Shown: in pieces, positions 12,292-25,704 of the stretch | Position numbering within the stretch: the stretch's first letter is position 1 | Layout of the letters: each line of letters begins with the position of its first letter | The notes under the pieces: model-generated | Seen by the model: the letters and a program-made list of their open reading frames with translations, nothing else | What the model was told of the DNA's origin: nothing | The model's database searches: none | Program-made: the position numbers and the translations under genes | NCBI GenBank assembly: GCA_047495785.1 | Contig: JBLDXI010000025.1 | Coordinates: forward strand, 744,001 to 808,000 | Length of the DNA: 64,000 bases | Reading direction: 5' to 3' | Source: Lepidodermella squamata | Taxonomy: Eukaryota; Animalia; Gastrotricha

Positions 12292-13005
12292 GGTTGCACC
12301 TGGATCGAAATATCATGCCTGAAGCCATTGCTTAAATACAGGTGTTTTCAGCTTAGGAATGCCAATCACAATAGAATGTGACAAGGTGAGAACACATGTC
12401 AAAAGGTGTGAACAAAATCAGACCATCTGGTATCCAGCGATGTTCAATTAACAATGGCATCAACATTCAATAGAAACCATGCCATTGAGTTCAGCTCTTT
12501 TAGAAAATAAGAAATGTCAATTGTGGTTGGTGGTTTTTTTCATCCAGGTGTACATTTCTACATTTCTACACTCTATACTCTTTTTGCTCTAATGGACGTC
12601 GATTCGAAACTTCATGTGAGAGCTTTCAATCTACAAAACGTTCTGCTGAACATTCAACTCGCTAAGTTATGTGTATGTGTGTTTCCCACGCGCCTATTGA
12701 ACAAAGCTGTACAATGTTGAGCTGAAAAATTCCTCAAAGGAGAAAGAACAAAGCATACGAAAATAGAAAACGACAACGACAAATTCAGACAGACCAAAAA
12801 TAGACATTTTTTTCGCATCACATGAGAAAAGTTCAAATTGACCCGCTTACCCTTGACAGAAAACAATTAAGTGCGAAGTTATACCCTTGAAGTACAAAAA
12901 TGGCACTGAAAACTGATCTATGTTAAATTAAAAATTCTACCTTAATATTGAGCAAATTCTAAAATTAAATTAAGAAAGTATCCACCCGCAGAGAATGCTT
13001 TCACT

Positions 13006-15283
13006 ATGCCGTCGAAATTGTATTTCGACGCGCAGCATCTTGCCGAACCTCCAATGTGCCGCGTCTGCGGTCTCGGTTCAGAAGCGCCAGAGATCACGCT
13101 ATACGGCAACGTCTGCGCCTGCGTTCCCGATTACGGCAAAGGAATAAGTCCTTTCTCACACAAAAGATGGTAAGATTGCAACAGCTACCTTAGTTTTTGA
13201 TATGCGAAATCAAGTATTCAGTTTAGAGCTTGAAATGCAAGAAAACAACGCTATGACCAAGTGTTGGAACTGTAAACGCGAATTCAGCGTTATAACAAGG
13301 CGGCAATGCATAGATAGCGATAGATGCCAGTGTTGCGAGCCTAGCGGTGTTGAAATTTTCCTGATCATCGGAATCGCAGTATGCCTCGTCCTTATTGGGT
13401 TTCAAACTTACGAAGCAATAACCGGTCATGCCGAGTCTTTGATTTCAGAAGCTCTCGCTGCTGATACAACGCCATTGCCGGAAAAAATAACACGATCAAC
13501 TTGGCGGCCTGAATTCACGCAAGTGACCTTGCGAAGTACGACTGAAGCTCCTGGACCTGTTACAACTCGAGAATACACATTAGCTGAGAGTTGGGACATG
13601 TTTAAAGGCCGAACTACAACGATCGTCCTCTTCGTTTTTTTAGCTGTTTTCGGTGGTCTTTGCATCTATCTAGCTTACCGGCTATCAGCATCATGCAGGA
13701 AGTGGTATGACTATACAGTTTGCTGCGATAGAGTTGTTATGGACATCAAACGGCCTCCAGCTTATGTTGTGTATTTCCGAGACCCCAGAGTACCGCAGCG
13801 GCTCGATGATCCATTCGGCGTTGTAATAAACGTCGAGGAGGAAATTGTTCCAGAAGAAGAGATGCTGCCAGAGGAGGTGGTTGTGTTTCGGGCTAAGCAA
13901 GAGGAGAGGAAGCGGACGAAGAGAAAAATTCCGAAAATTCTACCATCTTTGCCGAAACCCCTCTCGCAAGATCCCTTACCGAAAACGATCGAGATTACAG
14001 TTCCCAAAGCAGGAGAAATATCAAAAGAAACTATGACTGCTGAAATGGTAAATGTCATGCCTCACCAAAAAGATGCAACTGATGAATCGCAAGATATTGA
14101 AGAATTGACTGAAAATGAATTTCGAGTACAACCTTCATCGGTACAATCGGATGATGTTGGTGATGAAGCTACTTTAAAATCTCAAGCTACTTTAACATCT
14201 GATGAAAAGTTAAAACGAAATGATATGAAGTTCAATCTCGGAGGTAAACCTTCCAATTTGGATAAACACGAACCTGTTCCTAAGATCAGAAGTTCAAAGT
14301 CAGTTCATCCCGCCTTCAAGGTCAAACCAACCCGAATCGTGCAACCAGTTCCGGATGTCGAGGAACTGTTCGAAGTTCGACCGTTACCCGAATTGAAAAT
14401 TAAACGGAATTTAGAGCCAATCCAAGAATTGAGACCAGGTCTTGAGATCAGAACGATTCCCAACCGTGTCATGGCAACCAGAATCGTGCAACCACCTCCA
14501 GATGTCGAAGAGCAGCTCGATGTTCGACCGCTACCTGAAGTGAAAATTGCTCGGAATTTAGAGCCAATCCAAGAATTCAGGCCAGGCCTTGAGATCAGAC
14601 CAATTTACAATCTTGAATCATCTAGGAAAATCGGATTTGCACCGAAAATTGGGACGCCGTCAGTGCCTATCGCGGAAGTGAAGCCTGTAGTAGCGATTGC
14701 AAAAATGCCCCAGATTAGAGAGTTCGTTGATGTTAGGCAGATCGATCGGTTTGCAAAATTGCCTGAGTCACAACCAGTGGGAATCTCATTCGCCAAGCCA
14801 TCTATAAATGCAGTTGATGTAGCTGCACAGAACCGGAAAATAGTTGCTCGTTCTTTTCCAGAGATGAAAAGCTTAACGGAATATAATCCAAATAAATTGG
14901 TTAAAGTACCAATGGTACGTCAAGTCGATGAAATCAAAACTCCTCAGCCCATAGAGCCTATACCCGATATAAGGAATGTGGCTCAAATAGAACCTGTTTC
15001 GAGGCTTTTGAAACAGCCGCGAATTAATTCAATACGGACACATGGAGCTGAGATAACTGTTAAGCCAGTGCCAGCAGTTAATACCAAGAAAGCTACTGAA
15101 AAGGTTGCGAAGCCTGCCGATGAAGCTATCCTCATGGATAAGATTGGAGTCGGAACTTCCTCAGCTGGCTGTAGGCCGTGCGATACGGCCATTCAACTAG
15201 AGAACGAAATAAGAAGGGATGCGTGGTTTTTTCAACGCTGGTTTGCATCATTACAAAACAGCATTCGAAATATGTTTTCGTGA
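13006..15283 (+). CDS. MARCH-type RING-CH (RINGv) E3 ubiquitin ligase with two TM helices and a long Pro-rich tail
   Basis: Exon 13006-13169 (missing from the ORF track) spliced to 13222-15283 gives CRVC...CAC...HKRCL...KCWNC (C4HC3), followed by two hydrophobic helices. Confidence 0.82.
14327..14610 (+). repeat. In-frame 147-bp (49-aa) tandem duplication in the MARCH tail
   Basis: TRIVQPVPDVEELFEVRPLPELKIKRNLEPIQELRPGLEIR and TRIVQPPPDVEEQLDVRPLPEVKIARNLEPIQEFRPGLEIR. Confidence 0.9.
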
Positions 15284-15737
15284 TATCAACAGTATAACTC
15301 ATCATTTTCGTTTTGAACTTGATCTATCAGCCATGTCTTGTCTCAGGTCAGGTCACATCCTAAGCAATCTAAGGATATTTGTCCAGTCGAAGTGGATCTC
15401 AGCTTTGATCCTCACGAATGTCTTCATCAATGAGGCTGAATCATGAACGCCTTCCAGCGACAAAAACAACAAAGACAAACGTGTGCACTTTACTACATAG
15501 CCAGCTTTATTGTCCAGATGATTATGAGCAAAACGCAGTATTGAGCGTATTGTTAAAGCGAAAGCTCAATGAACTAACTGCCTCTGTAATGGATTAAATG
15601 CTGAAATACTACAAATTTACTACGACTCCCACGCTACGATGATACCAGTCCTGTAAATCGGTGTCAAATGATTTTCCGCAGGGTATATAAAGATGAGGCA
15701 CTGTCACGTTCTACGCAACTCAAGCTCAATCTGAAAT

Positions 15738-16277
15738 ATGACATTTCTCCAAGCCTGTCTTCTCAGCTCTTTGGTTTGTGCGGCTGTTTCATGCCCAGCT
15801 AATACGAACCCAGACCGGCAGAACCCATTTGTGTTGGACAAATACATGGGAGCTTGGTACGAAATCTATCGAACTAAGAACATCCCCTTCGAAACTGGCA
15901 CAGACGTCACGGCTTACTACACCAACTACAACAACGGAACTGTTGGCGTCGTGAATCGGCAATACCTCCCCGAGAAGAAGGACTACGCAATCACGTTCGG
16001 ATATGCTACAATTCAGGGTGACGCTAAACTCTGCGTTAAATTCCCGCAAGCTCCGGTATGCGGCGACTATCAAATTCTGTACATCGGTGGCGATTACGGA
16101 ATGTCCTGTGTGTATTCAAACGTTGGCCTATTCGGCATTCAATACGGTTGGATTTTGGCGAGAAACAACTCCATTTCAGCTGCTGACGAGCAAACTGCGT
16201 TCAACACGTTCTCGTTCAAGGTCAACATGGATCGAAGTAATTTTCAGAAAACGCCGCAAGGAACTGTGCCTCAGTAA
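15738..16277 (+). CDS. Apolipoprotein D-like lipocalin, intronless CDS
   Basis: Signal peptide, KYMGAWYEI (lipocalin GxW motif), WILAR motif; TATATAA at about 15684. Confidence 0.9.
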   Translation: MTFLQACLLSSLVCAAVSCPANTNPDRQNPFVLDKYMGAWYEIYRTKNIPFETGTDVTAYYTNYNNGTVGVVNRQYLPEKKDYAITFGYATIQGDAKLCVKFPQAPVCGDYQILYIGGDYGMSCVYSNVGLFGIQYGWILARNNSISAADEQTAFNTFSFKVNMDRSNFQKTPQGTVPQ

Positions 16278-17062
16278 GTTGATAATTTCTGTAAAACGTC
16301 GCAAACCAATATTTTGTGCCCGATAGAGCTGTCATAAGTGGAGCGCGCCGGGAAAGCGGTGGAACGGCTTTGGAATTCTTCTGGATTGTGGGCAGCATCA
16401 TTGCACAATTGTTGATGCTTTAGATTTCTCTAAAATTATACTGTATTCAAGTTCATGCTTGTTGTGTTAATAATCGATATGAAATTAGGTGATTAAAGGA
16501 AATTCTAAATCTAAATAAGAAATAAATTCATTTTGACCTCTGACCTTGGAAGGAGCTTGCGTGCCAGGTGAATTTTCCGCTGTGCAGCTTATCATCCGAT
16601 ATAGTTTGACATATATTGCGGGCTGGCGGCATTCAAATTGAAACAATCACGGCGTAATATTTACTTCTTTCATCTTATTCACTGAGCCAGTCGCGTGCAT
16701 GATTGGCAGAACAAAATTGATCGCCAGTTTTTATCTATTCGTTATGCGAATCCTTATGCTAAACACCCCGCTATATGGATGAATCCTTGTAGATAAAACA
16801 TAATGTATTTTCTCCAGCTATCGTGCTATTTCCGCTTAAAAGTTTGAACATTCAAACTACAGTTTTGTTTTGATTGACGTAAAACTGGCGGCATTTGATA
16901 TCGGATTGTTGTTGAAGTGTTAGGTGAGCGGCCTTTGCTTACTAAGTGACGAGACGACTGCACACGCTAGCGGCTGATCGAACCGATTAAAAGAGAATGT
17001 AAGCTGAGGGAACAGGAACTTATTTTGCTTTTTATCGTCCCCAATAAATGCAATAATAACAA

Positions 17063-19961
17063 ATGCGCTTTTACGCTTTCTTTTTCGCTTTGCTTATTCA
17101 GAAGGCACTGCAAATAAATTGCGAGTCGATGATGGGTAATTTCGAAAAATGGATGAGCAAGCCTGAGCTGGATAACATGCTGCCAGCTACGTTGATGCCA
17201 TACTTTGACCAGCAGACAAATTCAAAAACTGAATGCTTCTCGCATTGCACTAAGAACCCAAGTTGCAGCAGCATCGGTTACAGCGAGTTGAAACGCTCGT
17301 GCAAGCTGTACAGCCATGTTGGTTCGGCGAAACCCTTGCCAACTCTGAAGGCGGACGCGCACGAACGCCATAAAATGTACTATCGCGTGAGTTTCTAGTC
17401 CATTATTTTAGAAGACTTGTAATGAAATATGAAATGGGTCGAAGACCGAAATCATGCTGTCCTAATGTAGCTTCCGATGTTTAGACAAAACACAAGAAAA
17501 CAATTACTACTTCGAAAAATCCGTACTTCAATTCCGTCTTCTCCCTTCTTCTCCCAAGTCTTCTCCCAACTTTGGGCTCCTTCCATCCCTCTGCAAATGA
17601 TTTTTCCTATACTAATGCCTTCTAGGGCCACTTCTGTCCCCGAGGTTGGATAGCCGACAACGAAAGCGACCGGTGTTATCTTCTGCAGAATGAAACCTTA
17701 TGGCGCCAGTATTCTTGGAAGGTTTGCGAAGAGAACTTCCAATCAGAACTAGTCACCTTTCAGGATGCTGGTCAACGGCGCAGGCTATACCAGGTAAATT
17801 CTGAATTCGTATGATCAAAATATTCGAATGCATTCAAATAGATTCTTCGAACTAACACACCTTCAAACACGACAAAGTGGTGGACAGGCTACGCGTCATT
17901 CGCAGCGAATGTGTGGCCGCGGCCCATTCAAGAAATAAAAGGCTACATCAAGCGAATGGGAGATATGGGCGGACACGATATCGTAACTTTGAACAGCGTG
18001 AAAGGTCCACAGGAGTGCGCTAACCAGTGCGATCGCGTGTATCGAGATACCTGTGTTGCTTTCGTCTACTATCGCCGCGGCAACTACTGCACGCTGAAAT
18101 CTGCATCCTACAACGCACTCTCTGGTTCGGTCGACGCGGACGCGTGGATGTACGATAAGGTGCGCGGGCGGCCTGTAACACGGCGGAGAGATTTCAAGTT
18201 GAACACTAGTACCCGTGATTGCTACGATGGGACTACTGGTAATGTAATGACGCTTCAGAAGTGCTACGACTTGTGCAAAGCAACGCGGGGCACATGTGTC
18301 AGCTTTCAATTTCAGCCGGCTCCTTCAACTCCAGCTGGCACATGCTGCCTTTTCAAGAACTCTCTTTTAACATATAGAGCCTCGCAATCTGGAACTGATT
18401 TGTATGATGTGGTAGAAATCGACAAAGGGCGCTGCCCTTTCAGCCAACGGTATCACGACAGCTGTCTGGTTGTATCACCTAAAGAACTTATAGCGCCTAG
18501 GGATCAAGATGCGAGATGTGCTACGATGGGTGGAGTTTTGACAGCCCCGATGGATGGAACGCAAAAATACCGAATTATAGGTCACGCTGCCGATCGAATA
18601 AACAATTTTGGCTTTTCAAATGCAGCCTTCACAGTGGATTATGGCGCTGTGAACCCGGCGACCTATCCAAATCCGGCTAATTGGACGACTCAGATAAACA
18701 AGCTCTACTTAGCCGGGTCCCCAGCATATGAACTCTGGCCGTGGTCAGAAGCGTAAGTTACATTACCGAAATCAGGCAAACGGTGGTAATTTGTAATTCA
18801 GGCCAACAAAAAATTCATTTGAGTGGCTCTGCGGGGCGGGAATGAATTCGTTCAGCGACTTTGTCGTGGACACACCGGTCCGGATTCTCTGCGAAATTCG
18901 TAATTTGGCCTTTTATTTTGGAATTCTTAATTGTAAGTCTTCATTTTTTCCAGCTGTATCTCAGTCTTATCCCCAAGATTGCAAATTCACACCGTCTGGT
19001 CGCGAGTACAACGGCAGGATGGCGACGACTGTTAGCAAGGCTCTCTGTGCCATGTGGAGCTCAACCGAATACTCGAATCGGACCAAAGCTTTCCCCGAAC
19101 TTCACGTGTCTCACCGTTATTGCCGCAATCCTGACATAGCTAGAATGCCGAACGGGCCGTTCTGCATGCGCGACGACAGCAAAACCACGCCAGAATACTG
19201 TGACCCTCTACCAATGTGTCGTGAGTGAACACATTAAACTCTCTAGTTCACGTTTCTGATTCAATTTGGGTGCAGCCGAATCTGATTGGGCGCTGGGACA
19301 GGTTTTTGGTGATCCCACCATTCCTTACGCAATCATAAGCCCAGCCGCTGACTCTTTCGAATGGACAACGCAGCGATTCGATTTCAAAGCGAATGGAATT
19401 TGCAGCTTGGATATGAAAGACTGTGAGTTTGAGATAGGATGAATATTGGTAACCTCTGATTGCTTTTCACAGGGTGTCCTTATTACTTTGGGGGCAGCTG
19501 TTACATCATCTATAAGATTCCGAGACTACGTGCTGAAGCCACAGCTATCTGTCAACAAACGAATTCTCACCTGTTAACTATCGAAAGCGAGGCAGAGCAC
19601 TATTACATCAACAGTATAACAATGAATCTTGGAAGTTTGTAGTTTCTCATATATTTTATATATCAACAGTAAGAATTTATTCTTGATAGGTAAATGGGCG
19701 GCTTCGAGATTCGGCTACCACCTTGGCTTGACACGGCGCGATCTAAATGATCGCTTTACAACTTGGGACACAGGAACCCCAGTTACTTTCACGTATTATT
19801 TGCCAAACCGGCCTTATCCAGCTGGTAGTACGCAGACTGCGACGGAGGGCTGTATTTATTTTGGATATGAATACCAGGACGAGCGAGCGAGCGAGTGGTA
19901 CGACGGCAATTGCTTAACAGTCGAAGCGTATCCCATTTGCGAAATTGAACTTACAGGATAA
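17063..19961 (+). CDS. Secreted PAN / C-type lectin / kringle multidomain protein, copy 1 (intact)
   Basis: Exons 17063-17386, 17626-17793, 17842-18752, 18802-18899, 18954-19220, 19276-19422 and two further exons to 19961. Order: signal peptide, PAN, CTLD N-half, PAN, PAN, CTLD, kringle (YCRNPD), CTLD C-half, CTLD. Confidence 0.87.
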
Positions 19962-20412
19962 AAATTCGGAAATGACGTCGGGTTCTAAACGTGAATTATG
20001 CGTAACTGATATATGACGAATGAGGTGACCCAATCTGGCATGAAAATCTATCATTGGCAGTCACAAAAATAAATATATTATTTCATCTAAGTAAGGCACA
20101 TTAGGGATTAGGGTACACTATAGCCTTTTTCAAGACAGAAATTCTTGTTAAGATATGTAAAGTAATTGAAGCCTAAGACTAAGATCTTCAAAAAACGTAA
20201 AATAAAGCAAGAAATGACTCAGGCATGCTTTGTAATGTTTATCTGGTCCCATGCATAAGTATGAAGAAAATAGCAGAAGAAAAGGGAAATTCCAGCGGCC
20301 GAGATTATAAGAATTTAAATAGATTAATAGATAAATAGATAAAATAATTTAAATTGAAATTTCAGCAAAGCATAGTTGTTATCAATTAATCAATTTCGCT
20401 TGGAAAAACGAA

Positions 20413-23400
20413 TCACTCCTTTGATTTCTTATGTTTGACCTTCTCCTTTTCGGCTTCAGGCGTATGACGGCAGCATAGCACAATGCTGATGACGGTTGCA
20501 ACGGCTAAAGCAACGCCAGCTATAATGAGTCCTAGCCTGAAGGCATCGTTGAAAAACCCAGCAGATCCTGGATCAGACTGCCCAGCTTTCAATGGCTTTG
20601 ATTTCAGCTTGACGTCTTTCGCCGTGATCACGAGACCGTCGAGACCAAACATGTCTATGAAACTCGCATCGTCTTTCATAGAGCTCACAGCAGTGCTGAC
20701 TGACTGCTGCACAGTTTCGGTCGTGATTTGCTTATCGCTGCTCACAGAGCTGTTGAAGGTCGCAACAAAGGCCTTGATTTTCTCACTGGGATAAAATACT
20801 CGGTCAAAAGGGAACTATGTGTATGGTGTATGGTTTTAGTTAAGACTTACATGTAAGTAATGCTGGTTATTTCTGTTTGCGGCACAACGATGCCAGCCTT
20901 TCGGTAGATGTTCTGCATCTGATCGATGAGTTCCTGCTTCAAGGCTTGATACTGCGGGCTCGAGGTGTCATTCAGTACGCTTGGGTCGATATTTGACCCA
21001 TTTATCATGATTTTCGCAGCTTGAAGTTCCGTCAAAACCTGCGACCAAAATGCATCCTCGGGTTTTATAGTTGCAAGAGGTGTGGTTGTCGATTTTGTAG
21101 ACGATGTGGTTGTAGTTGTAGTCGAAGTTGTTGTTGAACTTGAACTTGAACTTGAAGAATCCGAAGTTACTGATTCGCCTTTACTAGTTGTCGCTGTAAT
21201 TGCCGATGCAGTTGATCCATCCGTCTTCGCAGTTGCTGTTGAAGATGACGTAGTAGTCGTTGGGGAGCAGTCGAACGTGAAAAAAGTGTTATCGACATCT
21301 TGATAGTCGCAGCCTGCCTGGCCGCAGTGCATACCGAACCCCAGCTTTACTTCATTGTTTCGAATCATATCAGCCAGGCCACTTACAGGCATGTCCGCTA
21401 TCATTTTTGTTGTTATGTTGTCTCTCATGTGCCATACCTGATTAGTTGAGACAATAAAAAGGCAAGAGTACACAACTTTTTAAACTCGCATTAACGTTGA
21501 GCTGATCATACTCAACTATCACTTTTGGAGGACTGCCTTTAGTTATTTCTTGTAGCGCTGTTTGGGTGCTAAAGGCAAGGCCGTTATACGCAGAACTAAT
21601 CCAGGTATTTTGAGTGAGTTCAATCGGAACGGCACTGAAAACACCAAATGATGTGTTGTGCCGCGGCGAGATGACCACACTCAGCCCGCGAAAATTCGAG
21701 CTAGTACCGAAGTAGCGATAATTTGGCGGTACATCGGTGCTTCGATAGATTGAATTCGAGGAATCAGCGATCATAAAGGCGAACCCATCGTTTGAGAATG
21801 GGCCTTGTGCAGAAGTTGGAGTTCGAGAGGTGAATGAAACTTCTGCCCTCCAGCACTTATCAACCGGAATCTAAAAATAATAGCCTTCAATATGATTGAT
21901 CATTCACTTTAAATGTATCCCTAACTGGATCATTCGCCCATGCTGATCCAAACTGCCTGATTTGTGACGGGGTCTTCGGGTATGTATCAGCGTTCGACAG
22001 TGTAAGCGTGTTCCAATTGATATTCACCCTAGTACCGTATATTTCCCAATAGTTGACTGCGAAGATTTGGTGATAAACGAAGATTATATAACTTTTTCAG
22101 AATCTTACTTTGAACACTCATATCGTTCTTCTTTGCCGATAAGTTGCGAATAAATTGAGGGTTCGTGCCATTCAACCCGAGGGGGACGAACGGGTCTGGT
22201 ACAATAGGTTTCACGGGACTGAAATCGCGGTAAAGTATCGATTGGTTTCCTGAGATTGCGGAAACCTCAACTTTGAGTACATCCGTTACATCGAAGGTAC
22301 TCGTCAGGTTAGCATGGCGAGCTCCGAAGCCAAGGTAAAGATACTTCTGATTCAAAATGGGAAATTGAACATCGTTAAAGCATTGTAGAGTAACGCCTGC
22401 TGATGGGAAGGTCATTTGGGCTGAGAGCCCGTTCTGGCTGATTTGAATGGAAACTTCAATTATTTGTTGGCCGCCGGCTAAAAGATTCTGATTCTTGATA
22501 GTCCTGCCGCAGGATGCGATCGGGAAATTGAAAGGAGTCGGGCCCAAACAATCCACCGCATCCTTGTTCAAAGTAGTACCGAATCCAGTTATAACCTGGG
22601 CAAGCGGGTTGATAACGAAACCCGTTGCAACAAAGTTGCATTTATAGCAGTTCAGGCTATAAAATGATCCTAGGCCTAAAGGGGAGCCAGCGTAGTCTGA
22701 AAAAATCAGTTTTATCGACCTTTTAAAAAATTCATTTTCTATTTCATACTTGCCGCAGGACTCGAGTAGTTAGCATTGCATTTTGGTGGTCGAACTCTTG
22801 TATTTCTCTCTGATAACCAGATACCGAGACCCTGTGAAGTGCCATTCATGCGAACGCTGATTTTGATCGCAATGTCGTTCACGGGTGGTAATAGTTGATT
22901 TGACCACATAGCTCCTTCAAGGGGTATGTTGCTACTAGGGTTCATAGGGTCTTTCTCGATCAAACGAACGCTATCACTGAGGCTATCAATAGGTTTAGCA
23001 GGGTATATCTCCCAATTTGTATAGCTTGATCGATTGGATGACTGATCGAAAAAGAAGGCTGATATGTTTCTCAACGGTCGCAAGTCGTAGAATTCAACTC
23101 GAGTTATAATAACGTTGTCCCGAACATCTTCATTCGAGGCACCAAAACCAAGGAAAGCTCTACCACTTGTCGTCAGATCAGCCATACCTTTCACGGTAGC
23201 ATTCGACAAGCAAGCATTTGTTGATTTTGCGATGCGATCGTAAGTCGTGATCGTCAAACTATCCCCCGCAACTTGAACCAGCAGAGTGGCATTGATCGAC
23301 TTTGACTGATCATCATAACCGAGTGGACATGTGGCTAGTTGTGTTTTTCCGTCGTTGTTACGCTCTGATTCAATCATCGGCTGTAGATTTGCAATTGTTG

Positions 23401-24765
23401 GCGAGAAGTCGGCGTACATCTCTCGCGATTTCGTATTTAAAGATAGGCGCAATCCGCGGAAGTTGTAATGATCGGCTCCAGAAGCCCTTGAGGTTTTATT
23501 GGCCCTGGCCGTCAAGGTTGTAGCCTTGTCGACGATGTAGACCAGCATTCCGCTGCCTTTATCTCCCATAGCTTGAATCGAAATGTCAACCTCCAAACGC
23601 CAGTTTGAAACTCCTTTGTTTATAGGCTGGAAAGTAAGTTATATATGAAATCTAACCTCCTTGCTTTTCAAATTTATTCTCACAATTCTGCTCCAGATGG
23701 ATCCGTTGTTGCAAACTTCAGGTTTCTTGGGTTGTAAAGCAAGCCGAGTTGGATAAAGATTTGAAGCCTGCCCCATTGAACGCCAAACACTCTCAACCGG
23801 GGGTTCGAAGAAGAGCGACTGCTCGGGTTTGTACCTAGCCAACGGCAGATCGGTCGGCAATGCTAGCATACCCAGCATTTCTTGGCTTGGGGTTGGATAG
23901 GTCGTGGGATGGACCATTACTTCATATTTAGAACAAATTTGTTGAAGGTCAGATAGTTTCCAACTCGGCAGAGCGACGCCATAGATTGCAAAACAAGCGT
24001 ATTGCCCGTAGGAAAGGTAGTTCGTGTTGTCTTCTAATCTATATACAAAACATTTCTATCAAATAGGCCAGAATAAAAAACAGTAATGAACCTTCTGCCC
24101 AGGGAAATGAATCGGTCATTGGTCGGTGCTAACACCGGCATATCCAAGTCATAGGAGCCCTCCCTTCCCGTGGCGTACGGACCGCAACTCAGTTGGTACG
24201 TGTGGGAATTCGCATCATAAGTCAATGTGATCAACTGCCACGCTGTAGTATTGCATGGAACAGTAATTTCAGAGCCTTCGTCCATAGGATTCGCGGAAAT
24301 TTGATTTGACTTAGGATAGTTAACCCAAACATGCAAACCACGGCCAGTAGTTGGGTCGGTGTACTCGAACAAGGGACCATTTTTCGTAGCAGTGCTTATT
24401 CGGAAAAACGTTGCTATGGTCCAAGAGTTGTCATCAGCTGAAAGATCCAGTTCTTTGCCTTGCAGCTTGATATAGCCATCCATATCACTCCTACATACTT
24501 CAATGGCGGAGACCTGAGAGCCGAGACTCGAGGATCCCAAGGTATTAGGACCAGGTACGTAAGCGTAGGCGCCGGAATTTACTTCTCCATCCAGTCCACT
24601 GCCACTGACATCCCTAACGCCGAACTGGCTGTTCAGTGGCCAATAGCCGATCGGATAGGGCGGTGATGGCTCTGGCAATGGCGGTAGCGTGCAGCCTTGA
24701 ACAAGCTTGTGCAGTGCTGAAATAACCAACAAAGTAAGCGGCATCTTTTTGAGATAAAAGCTCAT
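20413..24765 (-). CDS. Type I membrane protein: LamG/ConA-like + 3 L-type lectin domains + Ser/Thr stalk + SEA-like domain + TM, copy 1
   Basis: GYWPLN..DVSG LamG-like start; three repeats of the L-type lectin signature (GSIWS..NWRLEV, GAMWS, GSAWA..DGFAF; each ends (Y/F/K)LGFG); Thr/Ser tract; SPQYQALKQELIDQM SEA-like helix; TM and short basic tail. Start at 24765 or 24744. Confidence 0.8.
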
Positions 24766-25032
24766 AGTACTGCTCAAGGATAGCGAAGCGATCTCCGATG
24801 TTTATTAAACGGAGCAAATAAACTTCTCTCCGGTTATTGCAATTTATTTTGACCATCTGATTAAAAATGTCAGAGAAGCAAATCCGAATCAACATAGGAA
24901 ATTGTGTAACTGCTCGGAGCAATGCCCGTGAATCGAGATTTAGGATAATTCACATATTATATACTCAACCAACGAAGGAGTAATAAATTACCTTCTCCGC
25001 TTTGATATTATCTTTTCACATCATCCCTTGAA

Positions 25033-25504
25033 AGGCAAATTTGTAAATCCCACCTAGAAACGTCCAGGGTAAAAATTCGAATATTCCGCGGTTTCCCCTA
25101 TTTTCTTCACTCAATATTATTGATTGAAATATTTGATTTAGTAATGGAAAGGACATCATGTCTTAGGACGAAGGAAGAAAAGATCTACTGAGACCAACCA
25201 GCATATTACATATGATCTCTCAAAGATCTTTCCATTACTATAAATCAAGTGCGGAGAACGCATAAATCAATATTAGAAGCTCCCAGGAGTTATGGTTAGA
25301 GATCCAGAAAGAGGACTAAGAAGGCTCTAGATCTTCCCTAAGAGGGTACAAAGGCGCCGCAGGACCAAAAAGTCGATTTTTCTGACATTTTGCTTGTACA
25401 GCGGTTTCTAGGTCATTCAGCCATTCTGACCATTCAGCGTCATTTCAGCGGAATTTTTGAATTTTTACCCTGGACGTTTCTAGGTGGGATTTACAAATGT
25501 GCCG
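25033..25504. mobile_element. MITE with about 55-bp TIRs
   Basis: GGCAAATTTGTAAATCCCACCTAGAAACGTCCAGGGTAAAAATTC and its near-exact reverse complement near 25448-25503; apparent TTGAA flanking duplication. Confidence 0.7.
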
Positions 25505-25704
25505 TTGAAATAAATACTTGCCCGTTTTCGACAACATTTCGCGTCATCTCCACTTCTCACGATTTCTCACAAAGATAACTAACTTCTGGTGCAATTCTCA
25601 CAAATATGGCGATATGTTTTGCTTATAAATGCTTATGATTCCATCTTTCATTTCCATCTTTCTCGATTCAATATTGGGAAACTCTCGTGTCATGTTCTTC
25701 ACTT

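Noticed and set aside
18954-19220. Plasminogen/HGF orthologue
   Set aside because: No serine-protease domain, only one kringle, and the lysine-binding residues are not conserved.
20413-20445. KKxx ER-retrieval signal, as in ERGIC-53
   Set aside because: The lysines are not at -3/-4 or -3/-5 (KKSKE) and are not conserved in position in copy 2.
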